A stretch of DNA of 64,000 nucleotides from positions 75,330,001-75,394,000 of the forward strand of contig NC_043008.1 in the NCBI RefSeq assembly GCF_006345805.1, written 5' to 3'. The first letter of the stretch is position 1, and each line of letters opens with the position of its first letter. Below the pieces are notes generated by a model, which was given only the letters and a program-made list of their open reading frames with translations, made no database searches and was not told where the DNA came from. Both the position numbers and the translations under genes were made by a program. Positions 24,101 to 38,204 of this stretch are shown here, in pieces. Origin of the DNA: Octopus sinensis. Taxonomy: Eukaryota.

Positions 24101-25954
24101 TGTGTATTATTCATGTAATTCACATGTCCAAATGTTCATTGGATCAAATTTACCACGTAGTTTGCGTTTTATTTGAATGAATGCTAGGGGAAAGAAGCGG
24201 CCGTTTGGTTTAGATATTAACCACTAAGAGGACCCCGGTAGCGGGATTTTTCGTGTTACATGTCATTTGTAACAGGACTGAGTTATGAATTACACTAGAG
24301 AATTATTCATAAATACGAGATTGCTAGGTAATGATTATATCAATGTATGTACAGAACATCATGATTTATGTATGGAAGAGAATTAATTTTAACTTGCTTA
24401 TTTTGGTGTGCGCTTTTCCCGAATCTACAACTTCCCAGCTTCTACTGTAAACTATATTTCTTACAGAATATAACGAACATAAAAATAACTGCAGGTATTT
24501 ACAAACCCTTGCCCGTTTTTTTTTTGTTTCTCTTTTCCATTATCCGTTGTGCATACTTGTTCTGGTAATCTTGCATCTGGATTCGATAATATTATGATAA
24601 GAAATACCACTACTCTCCTTAAAATAACTTAACTGAAAGAATATTTAGATATCGATAAATTTACCAGATAAATTTTATCCAATGAACACTGTGTAAGGAG
24701 TTTTTTGGACATCGTCACAAAGAAAACACTACATTGCGCTTGACACACATTTGGTAAACGAAAGATCAGCGAACCAATACATAGTTCAGAGCCGTCCCAT
24801 ACAATATCGTACAATTAGTGTTATAGAGGTACCATATCATAAACTATGGCACATCAATAATGCGTTAAAAGTGCGGATCTAACATCCATTTGCCCTTAGA
24901 AACACATACAGACAAGATATACAAACGTTCTTTTAAATATTTCTTTCAGTTAAGTATTACTGGAAGCACAACTAAACTCAAGCTTTGTAATTAAATACTT
25001 CGTATTTGCTAATTACATCGTGTAGAGATCACTCCTAATATCACCATACCATGAATATTTCAAGGAATTTGTGCATTTGAATTTGTTATTTTCTCTGGTT
25101 TATTGTAGTGGCGATTCATAAGAAGGATGCAACGTTTTGGCCAATATGTACCACAATTTTTTTCCATTTCCCTTTTTTAGAATAAATTTAGACGCATTAT
25201 TTTACTCAGTAGATATTATTAGAAAGGTCTGACAACGTTGTTGGAATTCAATATTCTTACTAAATGCATGGGCGAGCAAAGAGGAAATATGAAAAATCTT
25301 TCATATTGTACTGGAATTGCTTATAACTTTTCAGATCTGCTCATTAATGAAACACAACGTTAAAATTCTTTATGCTAATGAAACATGACATTGTCTTATA
25401 AATAATACAGTAGATCGTCATAGGGACATTTCAATTTGGCTCAGTTTGTTGTTAATGTGTTGATTTGTTTTATTTCGTGTATATCATTTATGCTTTCTTT
25501 AACCCAATACATATATTCTACTCCGGATATTATGATTTCAAATTATATTATCATTTTCATGGTCTTCTCATAGTAAAATAGTTTTAATTTCCTGAAATAA
25601 ACATGCTTTTCCTTTATCACACATATACCACAGTTTCGGTCAATATTAGAATGTTGTGTGGTAGTAAGTACAGGGAGACGTTATTGTGGGTAATGTTGAA
25701 TATGAAATAAAAGTTCATTGATAAGTAATTATAGTAACCCGAGACACCTAAGTTATGAATAAATATGTATAGAGAACAACAATATCAAAACGATGAATAT
25801 GTTTAGTTTTGTTGTGAAATATATATTTCATTCTGAATTTATACGGTCATAAATGCCAAGACGTCTATTTAGTACCATTAGGTAAATGATGCTGTAGAGT
25901 TACAGCGGTTTATTGTTTTATATTTTATAATTAGTCATACATATTTTCTCTCAG

Positions 25955-26244
25955 CATTTTGCAAGGCAGACTCTGTCCATGAATCTGAAAACAAGTTAAA
26001 ATCGCCGGTCGATTGAATATCAGACCCAGAATGAAGTTTAGACTTCTTGGAACAACAAACAGACAGAAGAATATATCCGTTGGGGACGCTGGAGCGTGAC
26101 GTATATCGAAAACAATGAAATAAATCCACACACGAAGGATGTAGTAGAAGCAGGAGCAGATGCGATAGGGCTGTCGGCCGAGCGCTTGTGGCGTTGTTTC
26201 AACTACTATTGTGTTTAACATTTGCAGTTTTGGTTTCGCTGTAC
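25955..26244 (+). other. Candidate exon ending in a hydrophobic stretch (RALVALFQLLLCLTFAVLVSL)
   Basis: Acceptor TATTTTCTCTCAG at 25954; donors GTACGT (26241) or GTATGT (26245); more GC-rich than its flanks. Confidence 0.3.
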
Positions 26245-29200
26245 GTATGTATACTCACGTACAAACACACACAAATACACGTATACATACACACACAGAC
26301 GCACGCACACATACACACACATGCATACAATTTCAGTAGGGTGCACAGTATCAATAATTTTGGAGCCAACATATTGTGATAATAGCCGGTGGATATACAC
26401 AAGTACAAACGCACTATGTATGTCATTGTTCAATTATATTTCAAGATTTCTTGTCAATAGAGGAAGAGGCAGTTTCTAACATAGATTCAAGGCACCTTCA
26501 TTGGTATTTCAGCATCAACAATAGGGTGTATGTGTGTATGTATGTGTGTATATATGTATGTATGCATGTATGCTTGTATGTATGTATCTATGTATCTATG
26601 TATCGATCTATCACTAAACATATATATATATATAAATAACTATATATGTAAGTGTGTGTGTGTGTGTATGTGTGTGTGTTGCTTAAAGACTTCTATAATC
26701 AAAAGATGTCCTCCTAAGACCACAGCTTTTTATACCTACCGCTGCACTCACAACTATAGTGTTCCTTAATTAAGGTAACGAGTATGCTTCGAACAAAATT
26801 TAGCTGCTATCACTAGCAGTCGACCGAACACGTTGGGTATTTTTTCGTGAGGTACAACGATTGCCAAATGATTAGATAAACGTATTAGCGGTTCTTATAT
26901 TGGCAACAGTGCTGTGCTGTATCAGGGGTCAGCACATTAAAACTTGCAGCTTTTTTCCCGAAACAGTTATAAGTAACAATCTCATAAAAGTTAAATTGGT
27001 CCTGCTACGAAGTGTTACCGCGTTCCATTTAATGGTTGATTGCTATTTTACAGTGGGGGTTGGGTGGACTTTCACGTCTGCAGGAAACAGAAAAGGCATT
27101 AAAGTAACAGTAATTAACATCACACAAAACTTGATAATGAATGAATAACATAAGGTCGAACAGCATAAGGCAGACATACTCTCACACCAGTGTCATCTTA
27201 CTTTCTCTCGCCTTCCATATCAAGTCTACTACCATTGCTTTCGCCCCTGAAAGACATTTCTCTGGAATGTTTAACCTTTATCCTTCAAAGTGCAGCTTTG
27301 AAAGAGAAACATGACTTACATCCAGCCCGGTGCTTCTGTAGATACTGTCGTCCACGTGTCCATTTTCTTCATGTGAAGTTGGAACATATGTTGTGAGAGA
27401 TAATGCCGAAAGTAAATTATTGAAAATTACAAAGTTTCTGTAATATCATTGACTGCGGATAATATAGTCTTTATTTTAAAAAGAAAAAAATAGATATATT
27501 GTGAACATAGGAATGTCAAGAGAACTCAGAAACCAAATTCAAGAAACAACTACATGTTCTAATTGAGAAGAGAATTGTATAGCATGCATTCATTGGTTTC
27601 TTTTACTGGAAGAAATCACTAAATATTCAAAAACATACTTTTTGTTGTTTTTAATATCTTACCTCCATGTATCGATATAATATGTGCATACGACAGGAAA
27701 TTAAAAAGAAGAGAAAATATTTTTAAAGAAATACTTAGTGATTTCTCCTAGCAGAAGATACTAAAAAAATAATAAGATAGAGAATTCTTTCCTCAATTAG
27801 AACATTTCGTTGTCTGTTGAAGGTGATTGCTGAATTTTTTTCGCTTTGCCTCTTGCAACTATAACAATTTAGAAATATTGTACTTAATGAAGAGCATCTG
27901 AAAAAAATACATATACTTATGTAACCGGTAAAATAATCTTTGACGTCATCTGTATTGCAATTAGAGAGTTATGGAGGTGATAGAAGCTTTAATGATTACA
28001 ACATAAAACATCGAAGATATTCACAAACGTGGCCAGATTAGCAAAAGAAAAAGAACTATAGAGAAAATAATTCTATGATTTTTATTGCGAGACAACTGTT
28101 GTTACACTTTACTTTTTAAAAGATTGCACAGTACAGAATGAAGATTTTTCATAAGATGCTGACAAGTTATATGAAAGCCCTAGCATGGACGCAGTGCGAT
28201 GATTAAAACAAATAAAGGATAAAAATAGACGATTACAACAGGTGATTCGTGACCGGAATAACTGAAACACTCTACTTCCGAAACTGAGAATGTTAGATAT
28301 CGAATGCTATTATTTATACGTTGGGCGTCATCTGAGAGTATACATTAGCTGTTTAATAGCGTAACCATTAAATATACTTTCACCTATACGATAACAAATA
28401 ATCAATGTAATTTTCGTAAAGAATATATTATATAAATGATATACAATATAAAGTCTATAATCATTTTGTTACGACAAACAGTTAGAATATCGAAAAATTA
28501 TTTATCTATACATACATGCATACACATATACATACATACACATACACACATATATATGTATGTATATGTATGTGTGCGTGCGCACATGTGTGAATGTATG
28601 TGTGTTTATACACATGAAGAGCCAGAGCTACAACCAGCCATTCAGAAGCAAATAAAATGAATTTTGTTACAGTGATATTTGATTTCCATTAATATTTCAA
28701 TTTTGAAAGGAGGGTGATGACAACCTAAATGTTAATATATTAATTGCTAATAATTACTCAGCGTGTCTTCCACTAGAAGAAAATCTAAAACAGAGAAAAA
28801 AATTAAAAGCAAAGAAATATAGTTCACCAAAATACAATATTTTTTGATTTCCTATATTATTTTTCCATGATTTTTTTTTCTCTAACAATGAATTTTTAAA
28901 GTAATTATTGGGATCTTGAGTTTAGATACATAGTATATATTGTTGCTTTGAAGAAATCAATACAATATATTATATTCTTGTTCTGAGGTTTACTTTTGTA
29001 TAAAACCATTGGTCATTGATTTTTATGACACATAATTCTTAACATTCTTACAGCGAGTAATTTTCTGATGCTGTATGTATATCTTCCCTTTCCTTCCTTT
29101 AATTAAAAACTTGTCTTGTTTTTATCTTATTGGTCCACTTTATCTTTTCCGCTCTCCCATTCCCTTGATCCCTCGTCCCTCTTTATTTCTTATTGCCTTT

Positions 29201-29619
29201 TACTTCCTTTCCACTCAAAACACTCAAAATATTTCACCATCTATCCGAAATCAGACTTAGGGTGTGTGAAAGATAATGTAAATGCTCCTTTAATGTTTTC
29301 ATGTGTTTCTGCACCCATCTACACATGGAGCATCCAATGCAGACTTGCAACCATCCAGTATGGTGGAACGTACGTACTGAAAAATTGTATGAACTTGTGT
29401 GTACTATTATTTTCATATAGATACATTCATGCATACATACTCACATATATTCATACGTATAAACGTGTCTGTAACTGTAAGGATTAGAATGAAAGCACTG
29501 TCATGTAAATGAAAGTATATAAAAGACTGTGTAATACAAAATGTTATATGTTAATACATATTTAGGGAACTTGATAAATCTCTCCTTAGATATCCTTATT
29601 TCTCGCAATAATATCATTT

Positions 29620-29828
29620 CAAGCTTTGGTACAAAAGCAGCAATTTCGATGGGAGTGGTAAATCGATTACATCTACTCCAGTACTCAACTGATACTTATG
29701 TTATCGCCCGCCAAAGGTTAAAAAGAAAAACCAGCTTCGGCGGAACTTGAACTCAGGTCATAAAGGCCGACGAAATGCCGCTAACCACATTGCTCAGCAT
29801 GCTAACGATTCTGTCAACTTGCCGACTT
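29620..29828 (-). mobile_element. tRNA-derived SINE (MetaSINE-like central domain)
   Basis: Minus strand has A box TGACAGAATCGTTAG and B box GAGTTCAAGTTCC; same family as the copies at 50-63 kb. Confidence 0.8.
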
Positions 29829-30699
29829 ATCTCGATCGATTTTAAGGTACAGAATATAGCAGTGATAAAATGATGTTTGTTGAAAAGTAGCCAAATTGAC
29901 TGAAGAAAATATTCATCTAATGACATAGAATTGCGTTTGCAGAAGTACTGAACAAGTGCGTACACATGTCATGGAGTGAAATAAATCATTATTTTCTCGA
30001 AGACATTCCAGTATTGAGTTATGAAGATGAACACATGATAAGGGACATAATTCATGACATTGATATTTAAGTTGAGATATGATTCTTTGCACTGGAGTGA
30101 GTTTAAAATAAGGTTCTCGAACATAGTATGACTAAAGGGGTTAGAACTGATGTCAGCTGAGGAAGGTCTCTGATGTGACAATGAGATGATGATCATGTTG
30201 CGGAGGTACTTTAATATGTAATTCCTTTCAATTATTTATAATACGAAGGCCTTGCACCCTTTTTGTATAATATATATCGTTCGAGGATATTATTTTCCTG
30301 GCAAACGCAGTGATGTATTTATTTAAAGGTTAGACTTAGTTGCTAAATTTGGAAGCATTCTTCGTTTATATAATTTTATATAATTTAAATAGAGTTATGA
30401 TTCAAATGTCCTAATTTGTCAGACATTGGCTCATATCGGTTCTATCTCAAGATTAATCTAATGGCGCCAATGTTTGTCGAATGCTCAAGCATTCACACAC
30501 TAATTTAGTGACAAAATACTTCAGCTGATCGAACATAAATACATATTGTTGAAATCGATAATTGTTTAATTTACCATTTTTCCACAAACAAAGTACGTTT
30601 ACAGCTTTTTTATGAAGTGTACACGTTACGCACAGGATTTACCAGTGTCATACAATGATCAATGCCCGTAATCACCGGCAAGCATTCATGACGCTTTTG

Positions 30700-31319
30700 T
30701 CTCTATTTATAAAGCTGAAATGCGAAAAATTTGTTTGGCTGCTTTTGGCATTGGAACGGGTTAAGTGGCACTAAATGCGGTCGGATTCCCTCCGAAAATT
30801 AGATATACATGTAAAAAGAGGCGAGGATGTGAGTGGGCTAGGTTAGAAATCCCTACCTCAAAAGCTGTGGTCACTAGGGCAAAAAACCACACTTTGACAA
30901 GTGTCTGTCGTTTCTCTCTTTCTCATATCTGCCTGTCGTCCGCCGTCTCTCTCTCTTTTCTCTCTTCCCTCCACGTTCTCTCTATAACGATGTTTGACGG
31001 CTTCCACTATCCTTCCCCCGCCACCCTCGCCAACTCTGTCATTCTTTCTACCGCATCCTCTCACAGTCTCTCTCTCTCTCTGTACGTCTGCCTGCACTTT
31101 CTGTATATAACTTTTTCTCTATAACGACGTTTCACAACTTCGGCGTCTCTCTGTCACTCTTTCTTCCATCACCTCTCTCGCTGTACTTCTGTCTCTATTT
31201 ATAGAGAGAAATGTGACAGTAGCAACAGTTTAAACATTCCCGTCTTTTCGAACGGTGAATTATTATCGCCCATCACCATCCCACAATCATGACAGATATT
31301 AATCAGATATATTGTGTTA

Positions 31320-31410
<91 letters not shown>

Positions 31411-31531
31411 CGTGTGTGTGTAAATATATATATAATGTATATACATATATATATGTATATATATATAAAGTGTATATATTTGTATATATGTGTGTAGATA
31501 TGTATATATAATTCGTATATATGTATATATT

Positions 31532-31564
<33 letters not shown>

Positions 31565-31810
31565 ATGTCTGCATATGTGATCGGATTCAGCTGAAAATGT
31601 ACACACCTATGTTAAAACTGCTAGCGAGTATGCATGCCAACTTTGAGTCTGCTCAATTGCAAGGCATCGCCTCTGGGGCAAAATCCCTCATCTTTTAAAA
31701 TGTGGCCCGCGTATACCCGAATGAAATCGGGTTATAATGCCGAAACAAGTAAAACAACAATAAACTATTTTAATCCCGAGCAAGACCTGGTATATCTGTT
31801 TAATCTATAA
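30700..31810 (+). mobile_element. Possible non-autonomous Helitron-like element(s) with internal microsatellites
   Basis: TCTATTTATAAAG-type start and a decayed CCCG..CTGG hairpin near 31775-31800; weak. Confidence 0.25.
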
Positions 31811-33101
31811 AATGAGGAAGGGGATTAAATTTTACAGGAAGGAGTAACTTGAGATGGGAATTTGATTGGGAGACAATTTGGGGCGCTACAGTCGTTGCTT
31901 TGGTGTGAAAACTGGGATTTTATTGATTTGGGGGGACACTTAGGGATCTAGACGTGACACATTTTGCCCGATTTCAATCAAATTTTCAACATGGTAAAGT
32001 GGAAGCGGATTTGTAATTTAAACACGGAAATCTATTTTTTATAAATGGCAGAGATAGATTGAGAAAGATAAAGAGTAAGAGAAAGCTAGGGAGAGTCCGA
32101 GAGAAGGGAAGAGTAAGAGAGTGGGAAAGTGAGAAAGTAGAGAGAAACAAAGAGGGAGAATGTGGCGATAAGAAACAGAAAGGAAGCAACAGAAAGTAAC
32201 AACCACACACTCACCCGCGCGTAGATCGGGTCACCTTAAGCTAGTCTGATCTATAAAAGTGAATGCATTCCTGTTGATATTATGGTGTGCAACTAGCATA
32301 ATATTCATGTGGCCTGTTAAAGTACAATTTATCATGAGCACACCTGAAATTAAATTGACCCTTATTTTACTGCTAATTTGACAAATTCCGCACTTTGTCA
32401 TTTTGCAATTTTTTGTCAAGGCGGTCATTAATGTAAACGTTATGTGGCGCTAGTTAAGGAAACAAATTAGTGTTGCATCAAGTTCTCCCTTTTATTTAAT
32501 GCAGATATATTATTTTCGGTGAATGATTCATGTTATCGAAAGATGTAATGCAAGTACATATCAAATAATTTAGCAGAAATAAGTATCTTCTGGAAGAAAA
32601 CCAAACACGGTGCCCAGTGTTATAGTCACACCTGTAAATATTATTTATAGTTTATGCGATTTTAGCGTTTAGCTGAACAGAAACTGTTATCGAGAGGAAG
32701 ACGTTACGAAAGCGAGGAGCACAACAGCAGTTTGAATATATAATTACTGTTATACATAAATTTTGTATTTCAAAATTATGTATTTTAAGTCATTTCCGCA
32801 TTGTTGTCTTAACTTACGCAATAATTGTCCAATAAACAATAATAGTGTGAGAGGTTATGTAGAATACCTTATGTTTTATTGGAATCTAATATATTTGAGA
32901 AAATGGTGTACCACAAATCACCCGTCAATGTTAGCTGGGACGATGTTCCTAATTCGTGATAATACATCAGATGTTTATATCTATTTTCATACATCTTTCT
33001 ATTGCTTGTAGAGATGGAATATACCCTTTTCGCTGGCAAGATCACATTAATATACACACATACAAAAAATACGTACACGCAACACACAGACACACACATA
33101 A

Positions 33102-33137
<36 letters not shown>

Positions 33138-33294
33138 TAATAAGGAGAAACACACAGAGTGATAAATGTAAACATTCTTCGTTTTGCTGGTCTATGAGTG
33201 CTTGTTTGAACATGCATATACAGACATACACGTATATACACATATACATACATGCACAACTATGAATATATATATGTATATGCATACACACACG

Positions 33295-33338
<44 letters not shown>

Positions 33339-34879
33339 TGTATGTGTACACACACACACATATAAATACACTCATACATAAACAGAAGAATACTTCCGTA
33401 TACATGCATAGACATACGTACATATATATGAATATGCGTATGTATATAATTATTATTTCTTTTCTTTCTGCATTTGTAGACAAATACACACTTTTAGAAT
33501 CAATTCTAAATTCTTAAATCACAAAGCAGTCAGTGATATGCAATTCATCTCAGAACTTATATTTCAACTAAAAACCAATCAATGCTTCGAAATAGATTCC
33601 ATTTTATCTATACCTTTTTCAAATAACAATTATATGTCTTTGAACATTTATCAACTAAATTCCATCCACAATGGCCAGAAAATTGTCAACACTATTCTTT
33701 TCTTTCCTACTCAAGAAATTAAAATGTGACATATTTAAGCAAACGGGGATATTTTATTCTGAAAAACATCTTTAGTCAGACAAATAATAAACAGTCATCT
33801 AATTGCTGAGATCGCTTTCGTGACTGCTGTGACAGAAGAGATATTTCGTTCTAAACCTTTTATCCTGTGAATATTAGAGGTATAATTGCAGTTCTACCCT
33901 TCTAAACACTAGCGTATATCTTGAATCTTCAAAATCGCAAAATATATTTCATAAAACGAATAAATCTTGAACAACTACATTATATACGCAACATGGTCAG
34001 GGATGGAATATCACTTGGTATATATATTGCAACATTTGAACCGCATACAATGTTGAAACGTACGTAGAAATGATATAATATTGTATTTACAGAAAATGTT
34101 TCTATATATAATATGTAACGTATATATATATATAATAGAAATTTACAGAAAAGCAAACGACAAAAACAGGTGTATAAACAATAAGCAGGTAAATTAGTTC
34201 GATGCTCAGGTAAGTCAGAAAATCTTTTACATTTCGGGCCTTCGCTCTTAAACAGAAAGGAATACGATGAAATAAACAGAGAGAGAATTAAAAGAGAGAA
34301 TAAAAAGAGATATTATATATACACGCGCACGCACACACATGCACACGCGCACAAATGCACGCGCGCACACATGCATGCGTGCACTTACGCACGCACACAA
34401 GAGTGACTAACAAAATACAAGCTGAATGCAAGAGAAATAGCAGTTAAACAAGTACTTGACGTCAGATTAGAAATATTCGTACCTGGAATACGTAATAACT
34501 GAGGAAATATTCCACATGAAATCATTAGTAGCATATTCAATCCTCATACTTGTGTGCGTGTGTATGTGTATTTGTGTGTGTGTGTGTGTGTGCGTGTGTG
34601 TGAATTGACATATATATATAAAGATCTGATATGTATATATGTGACACAGACAGACACACACAAAGTTTTGAAGCTGAAACAATTTAAATATTTTTTATAT
34701 ATTTATATATTTATATATAAATATTAGCGTATATTACACAAATTATGTAAATTATGAATGTATATATAATATATATAGGTGACGTACGATAAAAATAAGT
34801 TTATATCCTACGCACAGTTCACATCCATGATTACGTGGAAGTCTGTATTGGATATTTTAATTGCAAATGTATCCCTGAC

Positions 34880-36200
34880 CTCGACAAATTATGAAGAAAT
34901 GCTTTGTTGCATTATGTTACTGAAATCTATATTTGCTCTGCATTTAATAACCGGCAATACTATTAAGCATAGCAGTAGATAACCCACCGTACTGGATGCA
35001 GAAATGATGACAGTAAGAAGATGAAAAATTTACATTATAGTTTATAATTTACAATTTATAAATTGCTTGCAAGTGTTTCAAATAAGTCAGTGTTGGGTAA
35101 TACAATGATGCTCTAGTTCTGCACATTGAGCGATTCATATTTAATGGACTATATTTTACATAGCTCTAGAAAACACCATTATAGCTTCTGCAAAGTAATC
35201 AAACTGCCAGCAAAATGGAACAGGGTCCAATATGATATAATATTAAAGCACCCCCAAAATTAACCAGCAGCAGCCAATAGAGTGAGAGTAAATAATATAT
35301 TAAGAGGTAGTACTGAAGCTGAGGTAATACTGAAATTTGTTATGGGAGGAATTCCTACTGTAAGTAAATTTTTACTGACTACGATAAAATACATTAGGTA
35401 CATATATTCTGATCTAGATCAAAAATATATCATTATTGAGGTCACCCAAGTTATTGAGCTCTATAGGGTATACAAACACCGTGGAGGATAATCAGTAATT
35501 TAGCTCTAACTAGGGGTACTGTAATCTGCTGAGGAATGCGTATGCTTCAACTTTTAGCTAAGATAATAGGAGAATTCTAATAATTATCGAAAACTCTACA
35601 GGGAAGAATTCAAATAAAGATAAACGTAATAAGAACAAGGACGATGTAAGAAGCCTTAAGGATGAAGTAACACCACGCTAAATTAACCGGAGGACCAAAG
35701 AGCAGCCGAGGCCCTATATGAACAGTAGCGGACGATGCAAGCTTTGCATAGCAGAACGAGCAAAGATCCTTAATGGCTCCCAAGACCCATATTCTTTATT
35801 AAATTCTAAGAATGAGATTTATATTCCCTGACTCCATTTTAAGTTCTGCCTGCTGCGGGCATGGTATTCCTCATTCGTCGATTAGAACCGGAGAAGTCGT
35901 CGTAGACAGGAAAGAGCCCAAGTGCGGAGATTATCTGTTCGCCACTTAAGTCCATAACATTTGACAACGGTATTTTATTCTTTGATTACAAATTTACTGA
36001 CCTTGAAGTATTTCTGCCTCCGGTTTGAAGAGGGGATGTATGACCTCCGCCACTACAGTCTGACGAGTCGTCCATAAAGTGTTCCATGGATGCAAATGTA
36101 TCAGTCACTCTTTGACAGGACAGATATTTAACAGCATGTAAATACATTACTGCTATGTTGTTTAGAGTCTGCTTCTTTTCCGGATATAAGATTCACGGGC
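34880..36200 (+). mobile_element. Decayed PLE 3' end (CxLC-type endonuclease C-terminus and terminal repeat)
   Basis: RPYMNSSGRCKLCIAERAKIL..LLNSKNEIYIP*LH at about 35705-35850; degenerate hammerhead CTGACGA at about 36060. Confidence 0.6.
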
Positions 36201-36243
<43 letters not shown>

Positions 36244-36317
36244 CAAAATGTGACCGCGTGGGTATCGTTGGCGATTTTTTCCCCCTGTCTTCCCTTCCTT
36301 GGATCTTTCCTTTTACT

Positions 36318-36356
36318 ATGTTTCTGACGAAGAGCTCCGCTCGAAACAATAAATAT
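36318..36356 (+). ncRNA. Minimal hammerhead motif in a TA-flanked repeat (36240-36455)
   Basis: CTGACGA-A-GAGC-TCC-GCTC-GAAAC; stems I and III decayed. Confidence 0.6.
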
Positions 36357-36897
36357 CCTTCTTTCTTTCCTTTCCTGAGTGTCCAATAACACTATACTCG
36401 TTCAACGTCCTCGCGTTGTTGTGTTTTCTCTTTGTGTTTTCATGTTCGGATTAACTATATATATATATATATATATAAGAGGAATAACCACCAAGGTGGA
36501 TTCCTATTATGCTAGAAGAAGACGCTAAATCATCTTATCACGCCAGAATATAAAACGAACCTCAGCGAGCCAAAATGAAGACATTAGAAATATGCCCTCA
36601 AATATAAAAGCAGAACTTTATACACTTTCTCTTTCGGGAGACGTCTTGTGTCTAGTTCTGTGAATTATGTTTTCCATGCAATGGCTGCACTGAAAAGCTG
36701 CGGATATTTACATTCGTGAATGATAACAGCTTATTGCCAAGTTTTGTATCGTTTCATTTGTCTTGCTCGTTTTACATTCTGGCGCGCTACAGCGAGGGCA
36801 TTCGAATCATAACTGCGAATATAATCGACTAAACCACACGTGTGTTTGACGTTATGTTAAAATATAGCGTGCGGTTTAGTAAATTGTATTCAAGACA

Positions 36898-36976
36898 AAT
36901 TCTACTGATGAACTATGGATATATTACGTAAGTAAAATTGCATAATTCATTAATAGCGAAACAATTGTCTAGAATT
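36898..36976 (+). ncRNA. Type I hammerhead ribozyme with intact catalytic boxes
   Basis: Stem I AATTCTA/TAGAATT; CTGATGA 36905-36911; GAAA 36958; palindromic ACAATTGT stem III; GUC cleavage triplet 36967-36969; stem II CTAT/ATAG with an A-C closing mismatch. Confidence 0.75.
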
Positions 36977-37232
36977 ACTCTACATTTTTGTTATTTTTCA
37001 TTTGTCCTGCTAGTTTACGCTCATAGTTGTGCTAATTCTCCTTGGAAACAATTCTTGGTGGTTGAGACCATAGCGGATCTATTTTTAGCGCAAGAGTCGA
37101 CCACATAATGGACACTCTCTTATATTTGTGTATAAACTTTTATTGTATCCCTGGTTTTTATGCGCTAAGCCACTTGGTGTTAAATTGAAGGTATTATTAA
37201 ATTAATATCCAATTTTTTCACCCTTAGTTTTG

Positions 37233-37288
<56 letters not shown>

Positions 37289-37292
37289 TATA

Positions 37293-37329
<37 letters not shown>

Positions 37330-37330
<1 letters not shown>

Positions 37331-37985
37331 GATTAATAAATAAATAAGGGTATGTTAATAAAAAGTGAATCACTTGCTTTAAATTATTAGGGGATAATTA
37401 TTTTTAAATCTACAGAATTAGACTAAATTAGGACTATTAAGTGAAATTAGTAATCTAATTTTATCGTCTTAGGATGACTGAGAATATCCGTGATATCAAT
37501 AACAATATGAAAACTTCAGTAGAATTAATAGTTACAAACATTGTGATATTAAAACAGCACATAAAATAATGTACGCAGGTATCATCTCATAAATTAAAGT
37601 AAATGGATATACAACATCTAGAGAAGTACATTTAAGATATATAATTAAGTTTATTGGACCCTCTCCAAGAAACAGACTGTCCGCTTATATTATCATACCA
37701 TAGTCATTACATCTCATTATCGGGCAAGTATTTATAAGTTCTTCTAAAATAAGGTTAACATCTTAAATCTTCCGTTTAATAAATTTAAATTGGACGTAGG
37801 AGTACGAACATTTACTCTCAACATATGCTACAATTCAATTCAACATCATGTGTACATAATGGGCTACTTAAAATGGACCATTGAATATCATATGCATTAT
37901 TTCATTTTGTTACACTCCAGATATATTTCCTTAGAGAATTGAAGTTTTCGTTTTTCCCGATTATAAAGTAGAAGTCTATTTATAT
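37330..37985 (-). mobile_element. Decayed PLE 3' end (CxxC-type endonuclease C-terminus)
   Basis: Minus strand LRKYIWS..DIQWSILSS..NCSIC..NLLNGR. Confidence 0.55.
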
Positions 37986-37994
37986 AACACAGTC

Positions 37995-38170
37995 CTGTAT
38001 TTAAGAGATGAAGAATTATGTATATTATTTACACTAGTTAAATTTGACGGATATTTGCCCTCATTTTGTTTGTTGTTAACACAACGTTTCGGCTGATATA
38101 CGCTCTAGCCTTCATCAAGTGTCTTGAGGAAATTTGGAGCCTGTGTTCTCATTCCTAAGGTATTTTTTGA

Positions 38171-38204
<34 letters not shown>

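Noticed and set aside
25931-26221. 96-aa minus-strand ORF
   Set aside because: No motif; splice signals favour the plus strand
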